Source: Ilumatobacteraceae bacterium (lineage in GTDB: Bacteria > Actinomycetota > Acidimicrobiia > Acidimicrobiales > Ilumatobacteraceae). Taken from it: DNA of 49,614 bases. Below, in pieces: positions 16,069 through 25,725 of the stretch; the first letter of the stretch is position 1; each line of letters starts with the position of its first letter. A program made the translations under genes and the position numbers. The notes beneath the pieces were generated by a model. The model was not told the DNA's origin. It saw only the letters and a program-made list of their open reading frames with translations, and did no database searches. The stretch lies in the NCBI GenBank assembly GCA_044374495.1, contig JBILOM010000001.1, forward strand, positions 1-49,614, in the 5' to 3' direction.

Positions 16069-17676
16069 TTATTGATTCTTGGTCGTGCGCTTCGACTCTG
16101 CTCGACGTTCAGACTCAAGTCGTTCCAGTTCTGGGACCTCAGTAGTCATATGGGACATCGCGGCAGCAACGGCGTGGTGGCCAGCCTTCTCAGAGATCTG
16201 CTTATGCATCTCCAGAGCCACCCTGCGGTACGAAGGATGGCCTTGTGGGCCAGAACGCAATTCGAGCATGTGCATCGCCTCACGGGCGTTGAACTGCATT
16301 ACGTAGCGGATTCTGTAGGCCATTGAGACTGCGTAGCTGGCCTGATATGGGTGATCGGCCGCAAGTGCGTCATAGAGGGACGATGAGCGAGCCATGACTT
16401 CATCAAACATCTCAGCTCCCCCGGCTGCATCCACAAGTTCTGGGCGCGTGTAGCCGTGGTACGGCGTCAAAGGTTGCCATTCGATGGTCAATAGTCGGTG
16501 ACGCTGCATGTCGCGAAAGGCGCCATAGTCAGACAAGACATCGAAACGGTAGTCAATACTTTCGAAAGCTCTGCCGGGACGATGTCGACGATTATCTCTG
16601 TTCCCGATGTATGCGTTCAAAATATCGGTCTTGTCTTCGACGCTCATTGCTTCAACACGCATACGAATCTGAGACTCTGGCAAATGTGAATACTGATAAC
16701 ACGCTGCTGCTACCAATTTGTTTTCACCATCCGGATCAAAGTCAATCAACGTCACTTCGTCTACGTCTGTTGCAATAACGTCACCCATAATTGAGTCAAC
16801 AATGTCTGTCATTGCTGCAGTGTTCGTTGAGAGGTAGTCAGACCACTTCACGCCACGTTCTGGAACATCAACGCGCCGCAAAAACGAAGGAATTACTTTG
16901 CGAAGTTCTACGAGCATCATGTCTGCGTAATAACGAGCCTCTGGAAGTGGATGCGCGCGCATACGCAACAGAAGCTGTTCGTACCCTTGCCCGCTTCCGT
17001 AGATTCCAACATTTGATAAAGACGATGCTGGCAGTAGTCCGCGGACTGCATCAAGTGCCTTTGCGCGAGTTGCCTGGCGGTACACGAAATCGCTATCTTT
17101 CGGACCCTTTACAACCGTCGCACGAACGTGATCTGTTACCAGCTCGGCCAATTGGCTGTACGAGTCAAACATGCGGTCCATGTCGCCCACATAACGGGTA
17201 CCGAAGCGACCTTCAAGAATGTCTGGGTCACGGTAATAGCGATAACGCCCCCCGAGTCTGTCGTCATAGGCGATGTAGCGAGTGCTCTGTTCGAGGTAGC
17301 TCATCAAGCGACCCCACTCAAGAATCTTGGTCAAGATGTTTGAGGCCTGCTCACATGCAAGGTGAACGCCACCAAGTTGGGCAACGGAATCATCGCCATA
17401 CTCAACGAAAACTTTTTCATACAGAGTCTCTGCTCTGTCCACCCCAACGGTTGCATCGACTGCTTGATCACCGGCAATTTCTAAGTCGTTTACGAACTCA
17501 TCGAGGAATAAGCGACGAAGGCTTCGTGGGCTGCGACTGTATCGCGCAAACAAAGCGCCCTTTACAACTTCAGGCAGATTGACCAACGCAAAAACTGGTA
17601 GGTCAAGATTTGTAAAATAACGGCGCAGAATGTCTGATTCCGCATCTGTAAATTCCTCGGGAACATAAACACTCAC
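16069..17676 (-). CDS. thyX: FAD-dependent thymidylate synthase ThyX-like, long form (two fused Thy1 domains)
   Basis: N-half contains WGRLMSYLEQSTRY, compared with the ThyX signature RHRxxSxxxxSxRY. C-half contains FRDMQRHRLLTIEWQ and NAREAMHMLELRSGPQGHPSYRRVALEM. Each half is about the length of a canonical ThyX. Confidence 0.75.
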   Translation of the reverse strand: MSVYVPEEFTDAESDILRRYFTNLDLPVFALVNLPEVVKGALFARYSRSPRSLRRLFLDEFVNDLEIAGDQAVDATVGVDRAETLYEKVFVEYGDDSVAQLGGVHLACEQASNILTKILEWGRLMSYLEQSTRYIAYDDRLGGRYRYYRDPDILEGRFGTRYVGDMDRMFDSYSQLAELVTDHVRATVVKGPKDSDFVYRQATRAKALDAVRGLLPASSLSNVGIYGSGQGYEQLLLRMRAHPLPEARYYADMMLVELRKVIPSFLRRVDVPERGVKWSDYLSTNTAAMTDIVDSIMGDVIATDVDEVTLIDFDPDGENKLVAAACYQYSHLPESQIRMRVEAMSVEDKTDILNAYIGNRDNRRHRPGRAFESIDYRFDVLSDYGAFRDMQRHRLLTIEWQPLTPYHGYTRPELVDAAGGAEMFDEVMARSSSLYDALAADHPYQASYAVSMAYRIRYVMQFNAREAMHMLELRSGPQGHPSYRRVALEMHKQISEKAGHHAVAAAMSHMTTEVPELERLESERRAESKRTTKNQ

Positions 17677-17721
17677 GGCAATTGAGCCTAGGAGTCGCGT
17701 AGGGCGCCACGAGGGATACCG

Positions 17722-18924
17722 CTAGAGCACGTTTTTGTCTGGGTTGGCAGTGTCGAACTCGGCTGCAACAGCGTTGCGCCGCTCGGAAGATGTCCAAAAA
17801 TCTATGGCTGTCATCGCCATGGCCTTCGCTCCGTCCAGTACAGCCTTGTCAGCCATTGGAGACCGCGCGAACTGCGCAAATTGCTTCGTGTGTATCGAAG
17901 TACCTGACGGTGCAGAGGCAATCATGGGGTGAATCGAAGGGACCAAATGGCTGACATTTCCCATGTCTGTACTTCCGACAACTCTGTGACCGCCGATCCG
18001 AGGGTCTGTAACAGTTCTTCCAAGTCGCAGTGCGTTGTGTGCATACATTGCCCCCATGGTGTTGTTGGTCACCATGTCTGCATATGCAGCGCCAATCCAT
18101 TCGTGAGTTACTGAACAACCACATGCGTGGGCGCCTGACTCAAGTGCTGCAAGTACGCGTGGCTTGAGAGCAGACAAGGAAGTCACATTGTCAGACCTGA
18201 CGTACCATTCAGTCGATGCCTCGCTAGGAACAATGTTTGGCTTCTCTCCTGATTTCAGGAAGATTCCGTGAACACGTTCAGTGGGCATAATGTGCTGACG
18301 CAATGTGGCTACTGCCATGTACCCGAGAACTGCTGCATCGAGTGCATTTCGACCGAGATGTGGTGCTGCTGCCGCATGAGACTCCTGACCCGCATACTCA
18401 ACTAGCAATTGTTGAAGTGCAATGGCGTCGATAGTTGCCAAATCGGCATCTGCTGGGTGAACCATCATGGCGAGGTCAACCCCCTCTAGTGCACCATTAC
18501 GAGCCATCAAGATCTTCCCGCCTCCCCCTTCTTCGGCCGGTGTTCCCATGTAGCGAACGCGTCCTCCAGAATCCTTAGCGATTGAAGCGAGAGCAACTGC
18601 AGCTCCGAGGCCGGCAGCAGCGATGATGTTGTGTCCACAACCATGACCAATTTCTGGCAATGCGTCGTACTCACTCATGATGCAAACAGTTGGTCCGGTT
18701 CCTACATCACCCGAGAAACCAGTGGCACAATCAAAGGCCCCTAACTCGACCGGAACGTCTAGACCGTTAGCAGTTCGTACCAATAACTCTGAAGCGAAAA
18801 CCTCTTCATAGTTCTGTTCCGGATGATCGTGAATTTCGTGGCTGACACTTACAAGTGTGTGAGCATTCGAATCAATCAGATTGCATGCCCGTGTCTTCAG
18901 TTCGTCAACTTCTGAAAGCTTCAC
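17722..18924 (-). CDS. M20-family amidohydrolase/peptidase (AbgA/hippurate hydrolase-like)
   Basis: HPEQNYEE, SEYDALPEIGHGCGHNIIAAAGLGAA and HAAAAPHLGRNALDAAV are typical of M20D amidohydrolases. Confidence 0.85.
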   Translation of the reverse strand: MKLSEVDELKTRACNLIDSNAHTLVSVSHEIHDHPEQNYEEVFASELLVRTANGLDVPVELGAFDCATGFSGDVGTGPTVCIMSEYDALPEIGHGCGHNIIAAAGLGAAVALASIAKDSGGRVRYMGTPAEEGGGGKILMARNGALEGVDLAMMVHPADADLATIDAIALQQLLVEYAGQESHAAAAPHLGRNALDAAVLGYMAVATLRQHIMPTERVHGIFLKSGEKPNIVPSEASTEWYVRSDNVTSLSALKPRVLAALESGAHACGCSVTHEWIGAAYADMVTNNTMGAMYAHNALRLGRTVTDPRIGGHRVVGSTDMGNVSHLVPSIHPMIASAPSGTSIHTKQFAQFARSPMADKAVLDGAKAMAMTAIDFWTSSERRNAVAAEFDTANPDKNVL

Positions 18925-19916
18925 GCTGTTGTTCCGTGATCTAGAACAATCTTTCCGAGCTGTTCTCCACGCTCAAGACGAGACAACGCGTATTCATATT
19001 CATGAAGTGGGTAGACATTGTCAACAGCTATTGGTAATCCGTTATTGACAATAGACAACAATTGATCAAATTCTTCATAACTACCCATTGAAGAACCAAT
19101 GATTTCGTACTGCTTGAAAAACAAACGCGGAATGTTGATCTCAGCTGCTGAACCAGATGTCCCGCCACACACAACCATGCGTCCGCCCGGAGCAAGAGAC
19201 CGCACAGATTTATCCCACGTAGCTGGGCCAACACTCTCGATGACAACGTCAGCTTGGACCGGCCATTTGGCATCAGCTGAATCAATCGCCGAAATCGCTC
19301 CCATATGTAACGCTTGTGCTCGTTTTGCTTCGTCTCTGCTGGTCACAATCGCTTGTGCCCCCATGAAGTTCGCGAGGGCTAACGCCGCTGTTGATACGCC
19401 TGACCCGATACCGACAATCAGCACAGTTTCACCTGGAGCAAGTCGAGCTCTATTCAGCATTCGCAATGCAGTGAGATATGCCAAAGGGAAAGCGGCGCTT
19501 TCAAACCATGTTCTATTGGAAGGACGCGGGCGAACGTTTCTGTCTGGTGCGATCGCATATGTCGCATGACCACCATGACAGTGTTCGCCCCAAATCATAA
19601 AACCGGGGCCCATCGGTGAGTTGTTCCCGAGTCGCACGATGTCTTCAACAGGAGACACTCCTGGGTTCACAACTACTTCATCGCCTACGGAAACTGAGGT
19701 CACCTTGCTTCCGATGGCATCAACAACACCGGCAACATCGCAACCAGGAATGTGTGGAAGTGGGGGCTTAGGCATTCCTCGGGTCACCCACAAATCCATA
19801 TGATTTAATGCACTTGCGACTACACGAATGCGTACCTCGTTATCTTGAGGTTCAGGAGTAGCGATGTCTCCCCACACATAGGTGCCAGGTGATTCGTTCA
19901 GTATCCAAGATTTCAT
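18921..19916 (-). CDS. zinc-type alcohol dehydrogenase / quinone oxidoreductase (MDR family)
   Basis: ALNHMDLWVTRG, PHIPGCDVAGVV and the Rossmann motif VLIVGIGSGVSTAALALA. 4-nt overlap with the downstream M20 gene. Confidence 0.85.
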   Translation of the reverse strand: MKSWILNESPGTYVWGDIATPEPQDNEVRIRVVASALNHMDLWVTRGMPKPPLPHIPGCDVAGVVDAIGSKVTSVSVGDEVVVNPGVSPVEDIVRLGNNSPMGPGFMIWGEHCHGGHATYAIAPDRNVRPRPSNRTWFESAAFPLAYLTALRMLNRARLAPGETVLIVGIGSGVSTAALALANFMGAQAIVTSRDEAKRAQALHMGAISAIDSADAKWPVQADVVIESVGPATWDKSVRSLAPGGRMVVCGGTSGSAAEINIPRLFFKQYEIIGSSMGSYEEFDQLLSIVNNGLPIAVDNVYPLHEYEYALSRLERGEQLGKIVLDHGTTA

Positions 19917-19933
19917 GCCCCTACCGTAGAGGG

Positions 19934-20533
19934 CTAGACGAGCAGTCTCCAGTAATCAGGGACAATTTCTACTTGTACCGCACTCCATGAGGCAATCCGA
20001 CGACCATCTACGCGAAGAACTTCTGAGCGAGACGCTGATGAATACTCAACTGATCGAGAACGGGACGTTTCCAGAAGTGGATGAGGCGTGTGAGTGCCAA
20101 GAATGGACTTATGGCGGGCACGAACACGCTGTTGAAGACCCATAGACGGTTGTAAGGTCATGACATCGAAAAAGCCATCGTTCGGATGAGCTCGCGGCGA
20201 GACATTTTTATTTCCAATAAAGCCAGCGTTATTTATACATACAAGACGACCGTGCAACCAACGGCCAATCATCACATGCGAAGAAGCGAGCAAGGACATA
20301 CTTGAACCATCGCGCATAGAAATACCTACCCGAAGCGCATCTATGGGCACTTCGATGCACGATGCTCCGACTTCTGGACTAACAGGGTCTCCGAGGCTGT
20401 GAGCGATATCTCCCGTTCTCACGATGAGTCGATGGTTGTTGGAACTCGTTGCGAGTTCGGAATCACCAGTAATGACAACGTCATCAAGCGTTCGTTTTGT
20501 TGGAACGCCCCATTGTTCTCCTCGCGTGATCAT
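19934..20533 (-). CDS. hypothetical protein resembling only the C-terminal accessory domain of DAG-kinase/YegS-family lipid kinases
   Basis: LVCINNAGFIGNKNVSPRAHPNDGFFDVMTL matches the vNxxxxGGxxxxPxAxxxDGxLDV accessory-domain motif. No GGDGT catalytic domain is present. ATGA overlap with the helY stop. Confidence 0.55.
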   Translation of the reverse strand: MITRGEQWGVPTKRTLDDVVITGDSELATSSNNHRLIVRTGDIAHSLGDPVSPEVGASCIEVPIDALRVGISMRDGSSMSLLASSHVMIGRWLHGRLVCINNAGFIGNKNVSPRAHPNDGFFDVMTLQPSMGLQQRVRARHKSILGTHTPHPLLETSRSRSVEYSSASRSEVLRVDGRRIASWSAVQVEIVPDYWRLLV

Positions 20534-23085
20534 CGTGATGATGTTCCCGACGCCGCTGCCACTACCCCGCGATCAAGTGCGCGCGTGGCCGATTCCGCAG
20601 TGTCACGCAATTGCGGATTCGAAGTGGTGGTGACTATCTGTCGCAAGAGATCAATGAGTTGCCGCATGGACCGCACGAAGTCTCCCGGCGTGAGATCAGG
20701 GTCGAGAATCTTCGATAATGGCTTACCATTAGCCCATGCTGCAGTCTCGTACGCCAATCCCCCGTTGGGGGCGCGATGTTGATGCAAGCCACGCTGGCGT
20801 TGAATGTCTTGCACCTGTTCGCTTACGCGCTCGATTCTTTTGAAACGTTGACGAACTTGTTCATTCGGCCAACGCGGCGCACCACCAGAATCTCCTCCGC
20901 GTGGTTCATACACAAGTGTGGACAGGACTGCCACCAAGTCATTGACAGCCAAATTGTCGAACAAGCCTTTGTTCATAACTTCAACGATCAACAAATCTGA
21001 CTCGTGAAATATGCCTGCGAGCATCTCGCCCTTCTCGGTCAGCGTCCAATCGGAGATGTAGTTCATTTCCTCAAGCATGTGTACAACATCCATGAACCTA
21101 GAACCGACAGAACCAGCACGAGTGCCGGCACGACTTTCCATTTGCTCAATTTCATTGCGTAACTTGCGGATGCTTTTGTGTGACAAAGGAGAATCGACAA
21201 CGCGCGGGCCATTTTGCTCCTGCATTGCTCTCCCCATGGTTTCGTCGATCTTCGCCTTCACAAGACGCGCAGCCGATTCACGTATGAACTCAGTACGTGC
21301 TGGCTCAAATGGAACAGGCAGGTCTGCGTGGCCAGCTTTCAATGGCAATGAACGCAAATCTTTCGCCATTACGTCGAGAATCTTTCGACTTGGCGTTACG
21401 ACTGTCAGACGAATGCCTGATCTACGAGCAGCCGTACTAATGATTAGTCCTCTGCCTCTGATGTTCGATGCATCAAACATCACAATGTCGCCAGGGCGTA
21501 ATGAGCGAAGTGCAATCTCTGCCTCGACCGAGGATGCCATCTGATCGGTTGCCGTGATGTTCTCTTGACCGAAGTCTCTCTCAGCCAACGCCTTTTCAAG
21601 CAGTGCAAGTTCACGTTTGCGGCCATCAAGCGAGGCTTCGGATGTTACGACGTCTTTGTCTGCTTGGAACTGAGCAAACGAAAGATTCAAAATATGATGC
21701 GCGCCATCGAGTGAACGATTGCGAACCATATTGACAGCCATGTTAAAGGTTGGTCGGAAAGCAGATGAGAGTCGAAAGCTCCTGCTGAGTGCAAGACCAA
21801 CAACTTGGTCAAAATCGACAAACGGATTCCAGATGGAAATAGCATGACCGATGTCATCTAGTCCTCTACGACCTGCACGACCAGTCAACTGAGTGAATTC
21901 AGACGCTTTCAGTAATTGATGATGCTCGCCTGTGTACTTGGTCAACTTCTCAATAACCACTGCACGGGCGGGCATATTGATACCTACTGCGAGGGTTTCT
22001 GTTGCAAAAACAACTTTTACTAAACCCTGCACGAAGCATTCTTCAACCGCTTCTTTAAACATGGGAATCATGCCGGCATGGTGGCATGAGATACCACTAG
22101 CAACATCGTCGATGAAATGTTGGTACTCCAATGCATCCTTATCGTCTGCAGTGAGATTCTCGCAATGTCTCTCCACTATCTCACGTATTTGAATTTCTTC
22201 TTCTAGGGATGTCAGCACCATTCCGGCGTTCATGCAGGAGTGAACCGCGTCCTCGCATTGGGCCCTACTGAAAATGAACACAATTGCTGGCAACATGGAT
22301 TTGTCTTCGAGTAGTTCAACTATTTCTGGACGTGTTGGAGGCGAGAATCTTCTTGGCTTTTTACCCCCGCTTTGTCCAGAGCGGCCCCGAATTTGTGTGG
22401 CATTAGACAACAGTCGCTGAACGTGTCGGTTTGGTTCTCCCGCCACCACAGTTTCAAACATCTCGCATTGCTTAGACGCGTTGTCGAATAGAGCAAAGTG
22501 GTTGACAAGTTCAATGGGACGAGTTGTTTCTACAACTACATCGGTTCTTCCGCGCACGGTTGATAGCCAATCCCCAACTTCGTCAGCGTTCGACACCGTT
22601 GCTGACAGGCACACCAACTGCACTTCAGGATCAAGCTGAATGATTACTTCTTCCCATACGGGACCGCGATATGCGTCTTGCAGATAATGCACTTCATCCA
22701 GAATCACTACGCCTAAATCGTCAAGGCGACTTGACTGTGAGTAGATCATGTTACGCAGTACCTCAGTCGTCATGACGACAACTGGAGCTTCAGCATTGAC
22801 CGCGTTGTCACCTGTTACCAGGCCAACTTTGTGAGCGCCGTACAAGGTCTGTAGGTCTCGGTACTTCTGGTTTGAGAGGGCCTTTATTGGCGTGGTGTAA
22901 AACGCCCGAAGACCAAGTGAGCGTGCCCGTGCAATGGCATATTCAGCAATCAAAGTCTTACCGGAACCTGTGGGAGCAGCCACCAACACAGATGCATCTG
23001 CATCGATTGAATTCATAGCCTTCACTTGGAAGACGTCCGGTTCGTAATCTAAAGACTGAAGAAAAGTAGCGCGAACCTCAGACAC
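20530..23085 (-). CDS. helY: Ski2-like DEAD/DEAH-box RNA helicase HelY
   Basis: APTGSGKT (Walker A), DEVH, SAT and QLTGRAGRRGLD, plus the long C-terminal DSHCT-like region. Followed upstream by tatC, as in Rv2092c-Rv2093c. Confidence 0.92.
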   Translation of the reverse strand: MSEVRATFLQSLDYEPDVFQVKAMNSIDADASVLVAAPTGSGKTLIAEYAIARARSLGLRAFYTTPIKALSNQKYRDLQTLYGAHKVGLVTGDNAVNAEAPVVVMTTEVLRNMIYSQSSRLDDLGVVILDEVHYLQDAYRGPVWEEVIIQLDPEVQLVCLSATVSNADEVGDWLSTVRGRTDVVVETTRPIELVNHFALFDNASKQCEMFETVVAGEPNRHVQRLLSNATQIRGRSGQSGGKKPRRFSPPTRPEIVELLEDKSMLPAIVFIFSRAQCEDAVHSCMNAGMVLTSLEEEIQIREIVERHCENLTADDKDALEYQHFIDDVASGISCHHAGMIPMFKEAVEECFVQGLVKVVFATETLAVGINMPARAVVIEKLTKYTGEHHQLLKASEFTQLTGRAGRRGLDDIGHAISIWNPFVDFDQVVGLALSRSFRLSSAFRPTFNMAVNMVRNRSLDGAHHILNLSFAQFQADKDVVTSEASLDGRKRELALLEKALAERDFGQENITATDQMASSVEAEIALRSLRPGDIVMFDASNIRGRGLIISTAARRSGIRLTVVTPSRKILDVMAKDLRSLPLKAGHADLPVPFEPARTEFIRESAARLVKAKIDETMGRAMQEQNGPRVVDSPLSHKSIRKLRNEIEQMESRAGTRAGSVGSRFMDVVHMLEEMNYISDWTLTEKGEMLAGIFHESDLLIVEVMNKGLFDNLAVNDLVAVLSTLVYEPRGGDSGGAPRWPNEQVRQRFKRIERVSEQVQDIQRQRGLHQHRAPNGGLAYETAAWANGKPLSKILDPDLTPGDFVRSMRQLIDLLRQIVTTTSNPQLRDTAESATRALDRGVVAAASGTSSR

Positions 23086-23087
23086 CT

Positions 23088-23849
23088 TTAGACAGTCCTT
23101 CGACGCGTCAGAAGCCAGCCAATAAGAACCGCGATCAGATACAAAATGGTGAGCGGTATCGCAAGGGCAAGCAAACTGATGGGGTCACCAGACGGTGTGA
23201 TCGCTGCCGATGCTACGAAGATACCCATGATGGCGTAGCGCCATTGTTTGATCAGAGTCTTTGGAGTGACTACTGAAACCAATTGTAGAAACACCAGCAA
23301 AACAGGGCTAAGGAAGCCAACACCAAATGCCAACATCATCATGACAACGAGATTGATGTACTTCGTAATTTGGTAGGCCTGTGTTACGTCGCTTCCCGAC
23401 CATGAGATAAGAAACTCCAGAGCTTTGTCAAGAGTCCAATAGGCCAAGTAACACCCAAGTGAGAAAAGAAGAACTGAAGAAGCAATAAACGGAATTGCGT
23501 AGTTTTTTTCTCGCTTAGACAAAGCGGGCACGATGAAGCGCCAAATCTGCCACAGAATTATCGGCAGAGCCAATACGAGACCGCCGTAAAGACAGACTCG
23601 CATTCGTGCAGTAAACCCATCGAGTGGTCCGAGTGAAAACAAAGATCCATCACATTTGAATTCAGGGCGACGAGAGCACAGGTTTGTATAAGGGGTTGTA
23701 AGGATGTTCTTTAATTGGTCGTAGAAAGCCAGTAAGACCAGAGTCGAGACTCCAATAGCCAAGACGCTTCGAACGAGTCGCATCCGCAACTCACGTAAAT
23801 GGTCCATCATGGACATTGCAGCAACTGGCTCGGCTGAAATATCACTCAT
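23088..23849 (-). CDS. tatC: twin-arginine translocase subunit TatC
   Basis: MSMMDHLRELRMRL start, six predicted TM segments and PSGDPIS near the C-terminus. Confidence 0.93.
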   Translation of the reverse strand: MSDISAEPVAAMSMMDHLRELRMRLVRSVLAIGVSTLVLLAFYDQLKNILTTPYTNLCSRRPEFKCDGSLFSLGPLDGFTARMRVCLYGGLVLALPIILWQIWRFIVPALSKREKNYAIPFIASSVLLFSLGCYLAYWTLDKALEFLISWSGSDVTQAYQITKYINLVVMMMLAFGVGFLSPVLLVFLQLVSVVTPKTLIKQWRYAIMGIFVASAAITPSGDPISLLALAIPLTILYLIAVLIGWLLTRRRTV

Positions 23850-24174
23850 CGTCTGTATTTGATGCTGGCATGTCTACTGGAGGAGTAGAGAAATCGGGTT
23901 TTGGGTACGCAGTTTTTTCTGGTCGCATCGGAGGCGATGGTTCTGTGTCAACCATTCCGAAACCATGACGCATCTGGTCGGCAGTTGATTTCAGTTCATT
24001 GATTGGTTCAGAGAAAGTCTGGCGAAACTCTTTCTCGTATCCGCTAGCTGCTCGACGAAGGTCTCCGTAGAGTTTGCCTCCCCTACGAATCACACCCGGA
24101 AGTCGTTCTGGTCCCAACACGACAAGACCCGCCACGAGCAGGAAAACAATCTCGCTGCCAGACATATTGAACAC
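23842..24174 (-). CDS. tatB: Sec-independent translocase TatA/B-family protein, TatB-like
   Basis: SEIVFLLVAGLVVLGPERLPGVIRRGGKLYGDLRRA carries the GPxRLP hinge typical of TatB (compare M. tuberculosis TatB LVVLGPERLPGAIR) rather than the FGxxKLP of TatA. 8-nt overlap with tatC. Confidence 0.8.
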   Translation of the reverse strand: MFNMSGSEIVFLLVAGLVVLGPERLPGVIRRGGKLYGDLRRAASGYEKEFRQTFSEPINELKSTADQMRHGFGMVDTEPSPPMRPEKTAYPKPDFSTPPVDMPASNTDDE

Positions 24175-24210
24175 CCGTTAAGCATAGAAGCAGGCACCTA
24201 GTGTTGGAGG

Positions 24211-24942
24211 GTGCAGCAACGCATTGCCTCCCTTCGTCCTGACCCTATCGCCTTCGCCCACAGAGGCGGAATGGCGCATGCTCCCGAGAACACTCTTGAG
24301 GCATTTGCACTTGCATTGAGGCTGGGATCTAACGGCCTTGAAACTGACGCCTGGACCACTTCCGATGGTCACGTGGTTCTTGACCATGACGGCGTAGTCA
24401 GAAAATTGGCGCGAAATCGTCCCATCTCTTCCCTGCGTCTTGCTGAGTTGCCCTCACACATACCGACTCTGGCTGCACTGTTTGAAAAGTGTGGAACTGA
24501 TTTTGACCTCAGTATCGACATTAAGGATGAACAGAGTTTCGCACGAACTGTTGAGACCTCACGAAATAGTGGCTTCGATGAATCACGGTTGTGGTTGTGT
24601 CACTATTCGAGTTCCGTTGTGATCTCGCAACGACCACTGGTTCCCAACGTGCGACTCGTTGATTCGACTCGTCTGTCTCGAATCAAAGAAGGGTTAGAGA
24701 TGCGATGCGCAAAGCTGTTCGCAAACGGTATTGACTGTTTGAATTTGCATCACTCTGACTGGACTGGTGGTTCAACAACCTTGGTGCACAAATTCGGAAT
24801 GTACGCATTCGGATGGGACTGCCAATTCGATTATGTCTTGTCGACGGCTTTTCGAATGGGCCTAGATGCAGTATTCAGTGATCATGTTGACACGATGGTT
24901 GAAACGTACGAAAAGGAAATTGGCTACGTACCTCGAACGTGA
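24211..24942 (+). CDS. glycerophosphodiester phosphodiesterase family protein
   Basis: IAFAHRGGMAHAPENTLEAFALALRLGSNGLETDAWTTSDGHVVLDHD is the GDPD HR..ENT...E.D signature. Confidence 0.85.
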   Translation: MQQRIASLRPDPIAFAHRGGMAHAPENTLEAFALALRLGSNGLETDAWTTSDGHVVLDHDGVVRKLARNRPISSLRLAELPSHIPTLAALFEKCGTDFDLSIDIKDEQSFARTVETSRNSGFDESRLWLCHYSSSVVISQRPLVPNVRLVDSTRLSRIKEGLEMRCAKLFANGIDCLNLHHSDWTGGSTTLVHKFGMYAFGWDCQFDYVLSTAFRMGLDAVFSDHVDTMVETYEKEIGYVPRT

Positions 24943-24946
24943 GGCT

Positions 24947-25543
24947 TTACAGAGTTGAAATTCGATTAAAGGGCCACACGATTGCAAAGGCTCGACCCAC
25001 AACCAAACTCTCAGAGATAGGCCCGAAACTTCTGCTGTCGAATGACTCTGGCCTGTTGTCGCCCATTACGAAGACCTTCTTCTTAGGAATTGTCTGCACA
25101 GGCATGTTTGCAACTCGACACCTGTTAGCGGGGTCAATCAGCCCTAAGACGTCTTTATCGAGGTAGGGCTCGACTGTCGGTTTTGAGTTAACGATGACCA
25201 CACAGTTCTTGATCTCTATGGTGTCGCCAGGCAACGCAATCACGCGCTTGATTAAGTCATCATGGGACACGGCACCGTCACTGGTGGTCACACGATCAAA
25301 GACAACCACATCGCCTCTGCCGATTCCATGCAACCGATAACTCAGTTTGTTCACAAGCACACGGTTGTTGCCGTACAGCGTTGTTTCCATTGAAGGGCCA
25401 CTGATGTAGAACTGCTGAAGGACATAGACACGCACAAGAAGTGCAGCCCCAAGAGCAAGTACAACCACAAGAAACCAGTCGCGTAGGGCCTTTGTCACAG
25501 GATGAACTTCAGGCGACTCTGTGGGTATGGTCTGGTCCGTCAT
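24947..25543 (-). CDS. lepB: signal peptidase I
   Basis: N-terminal TM segment, catalytic Ser box ISGPSMETTL, Lys box GDVVVFD...LIKRVIALPGD and GDNRPESFDSR. Confidence 0.93.
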   Translation of the reverse strand: MTDQTIPTESPEVHPVTKALRDWFLVVVLALGAALLVRVYVLQQFYISGPSMETTLYGNNRVLVNKLSYRLHGIGRGDVVVFDRVTTSDGAVSHDDLIKRVIALPGDTIEIKNCVVIVNSKPTVEPYLDKDVLGLIDPANRCRVANMPVQTIPKKKVFVMGDNRPESFDSRSFGPISESLVVGRAFAIVWPFNRISTL

Positions 25544-25725
25544 GAAGGCTCCACGCTACCCCTCTGTGCGGGCGTGGGTCCGTCCATCTTTATTGCACAG
25601 AACAGCAGACTGTCCACTGCCGATAGACAGGGCGACACGGGTATCGCTTGTGTAGGCTGATAACTGTCCCCGGTTGGGGGCAGCCATTGGTGCCGTAAAT
25701 CGGCTCATGAGAAGGGACTCCCCAA

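Noticed and set aside
16791-17582. 263-aa plus-strand ORF antisense to the thyX-like gene
   Set aside because: It is long for a genome of this composition, but the product is an Arg/Cys/His/Gln-rich string with no domain-like features. It lies entirely inside a well-supported gene, so it is most likely a stop-depleted antisense frame.
20399-20782. 127-aa plus-strand ORF across the helY / DAGK-like junction
   Set aside because: It is antisense to two coupled minus-strand genes and has no motifs or start context.
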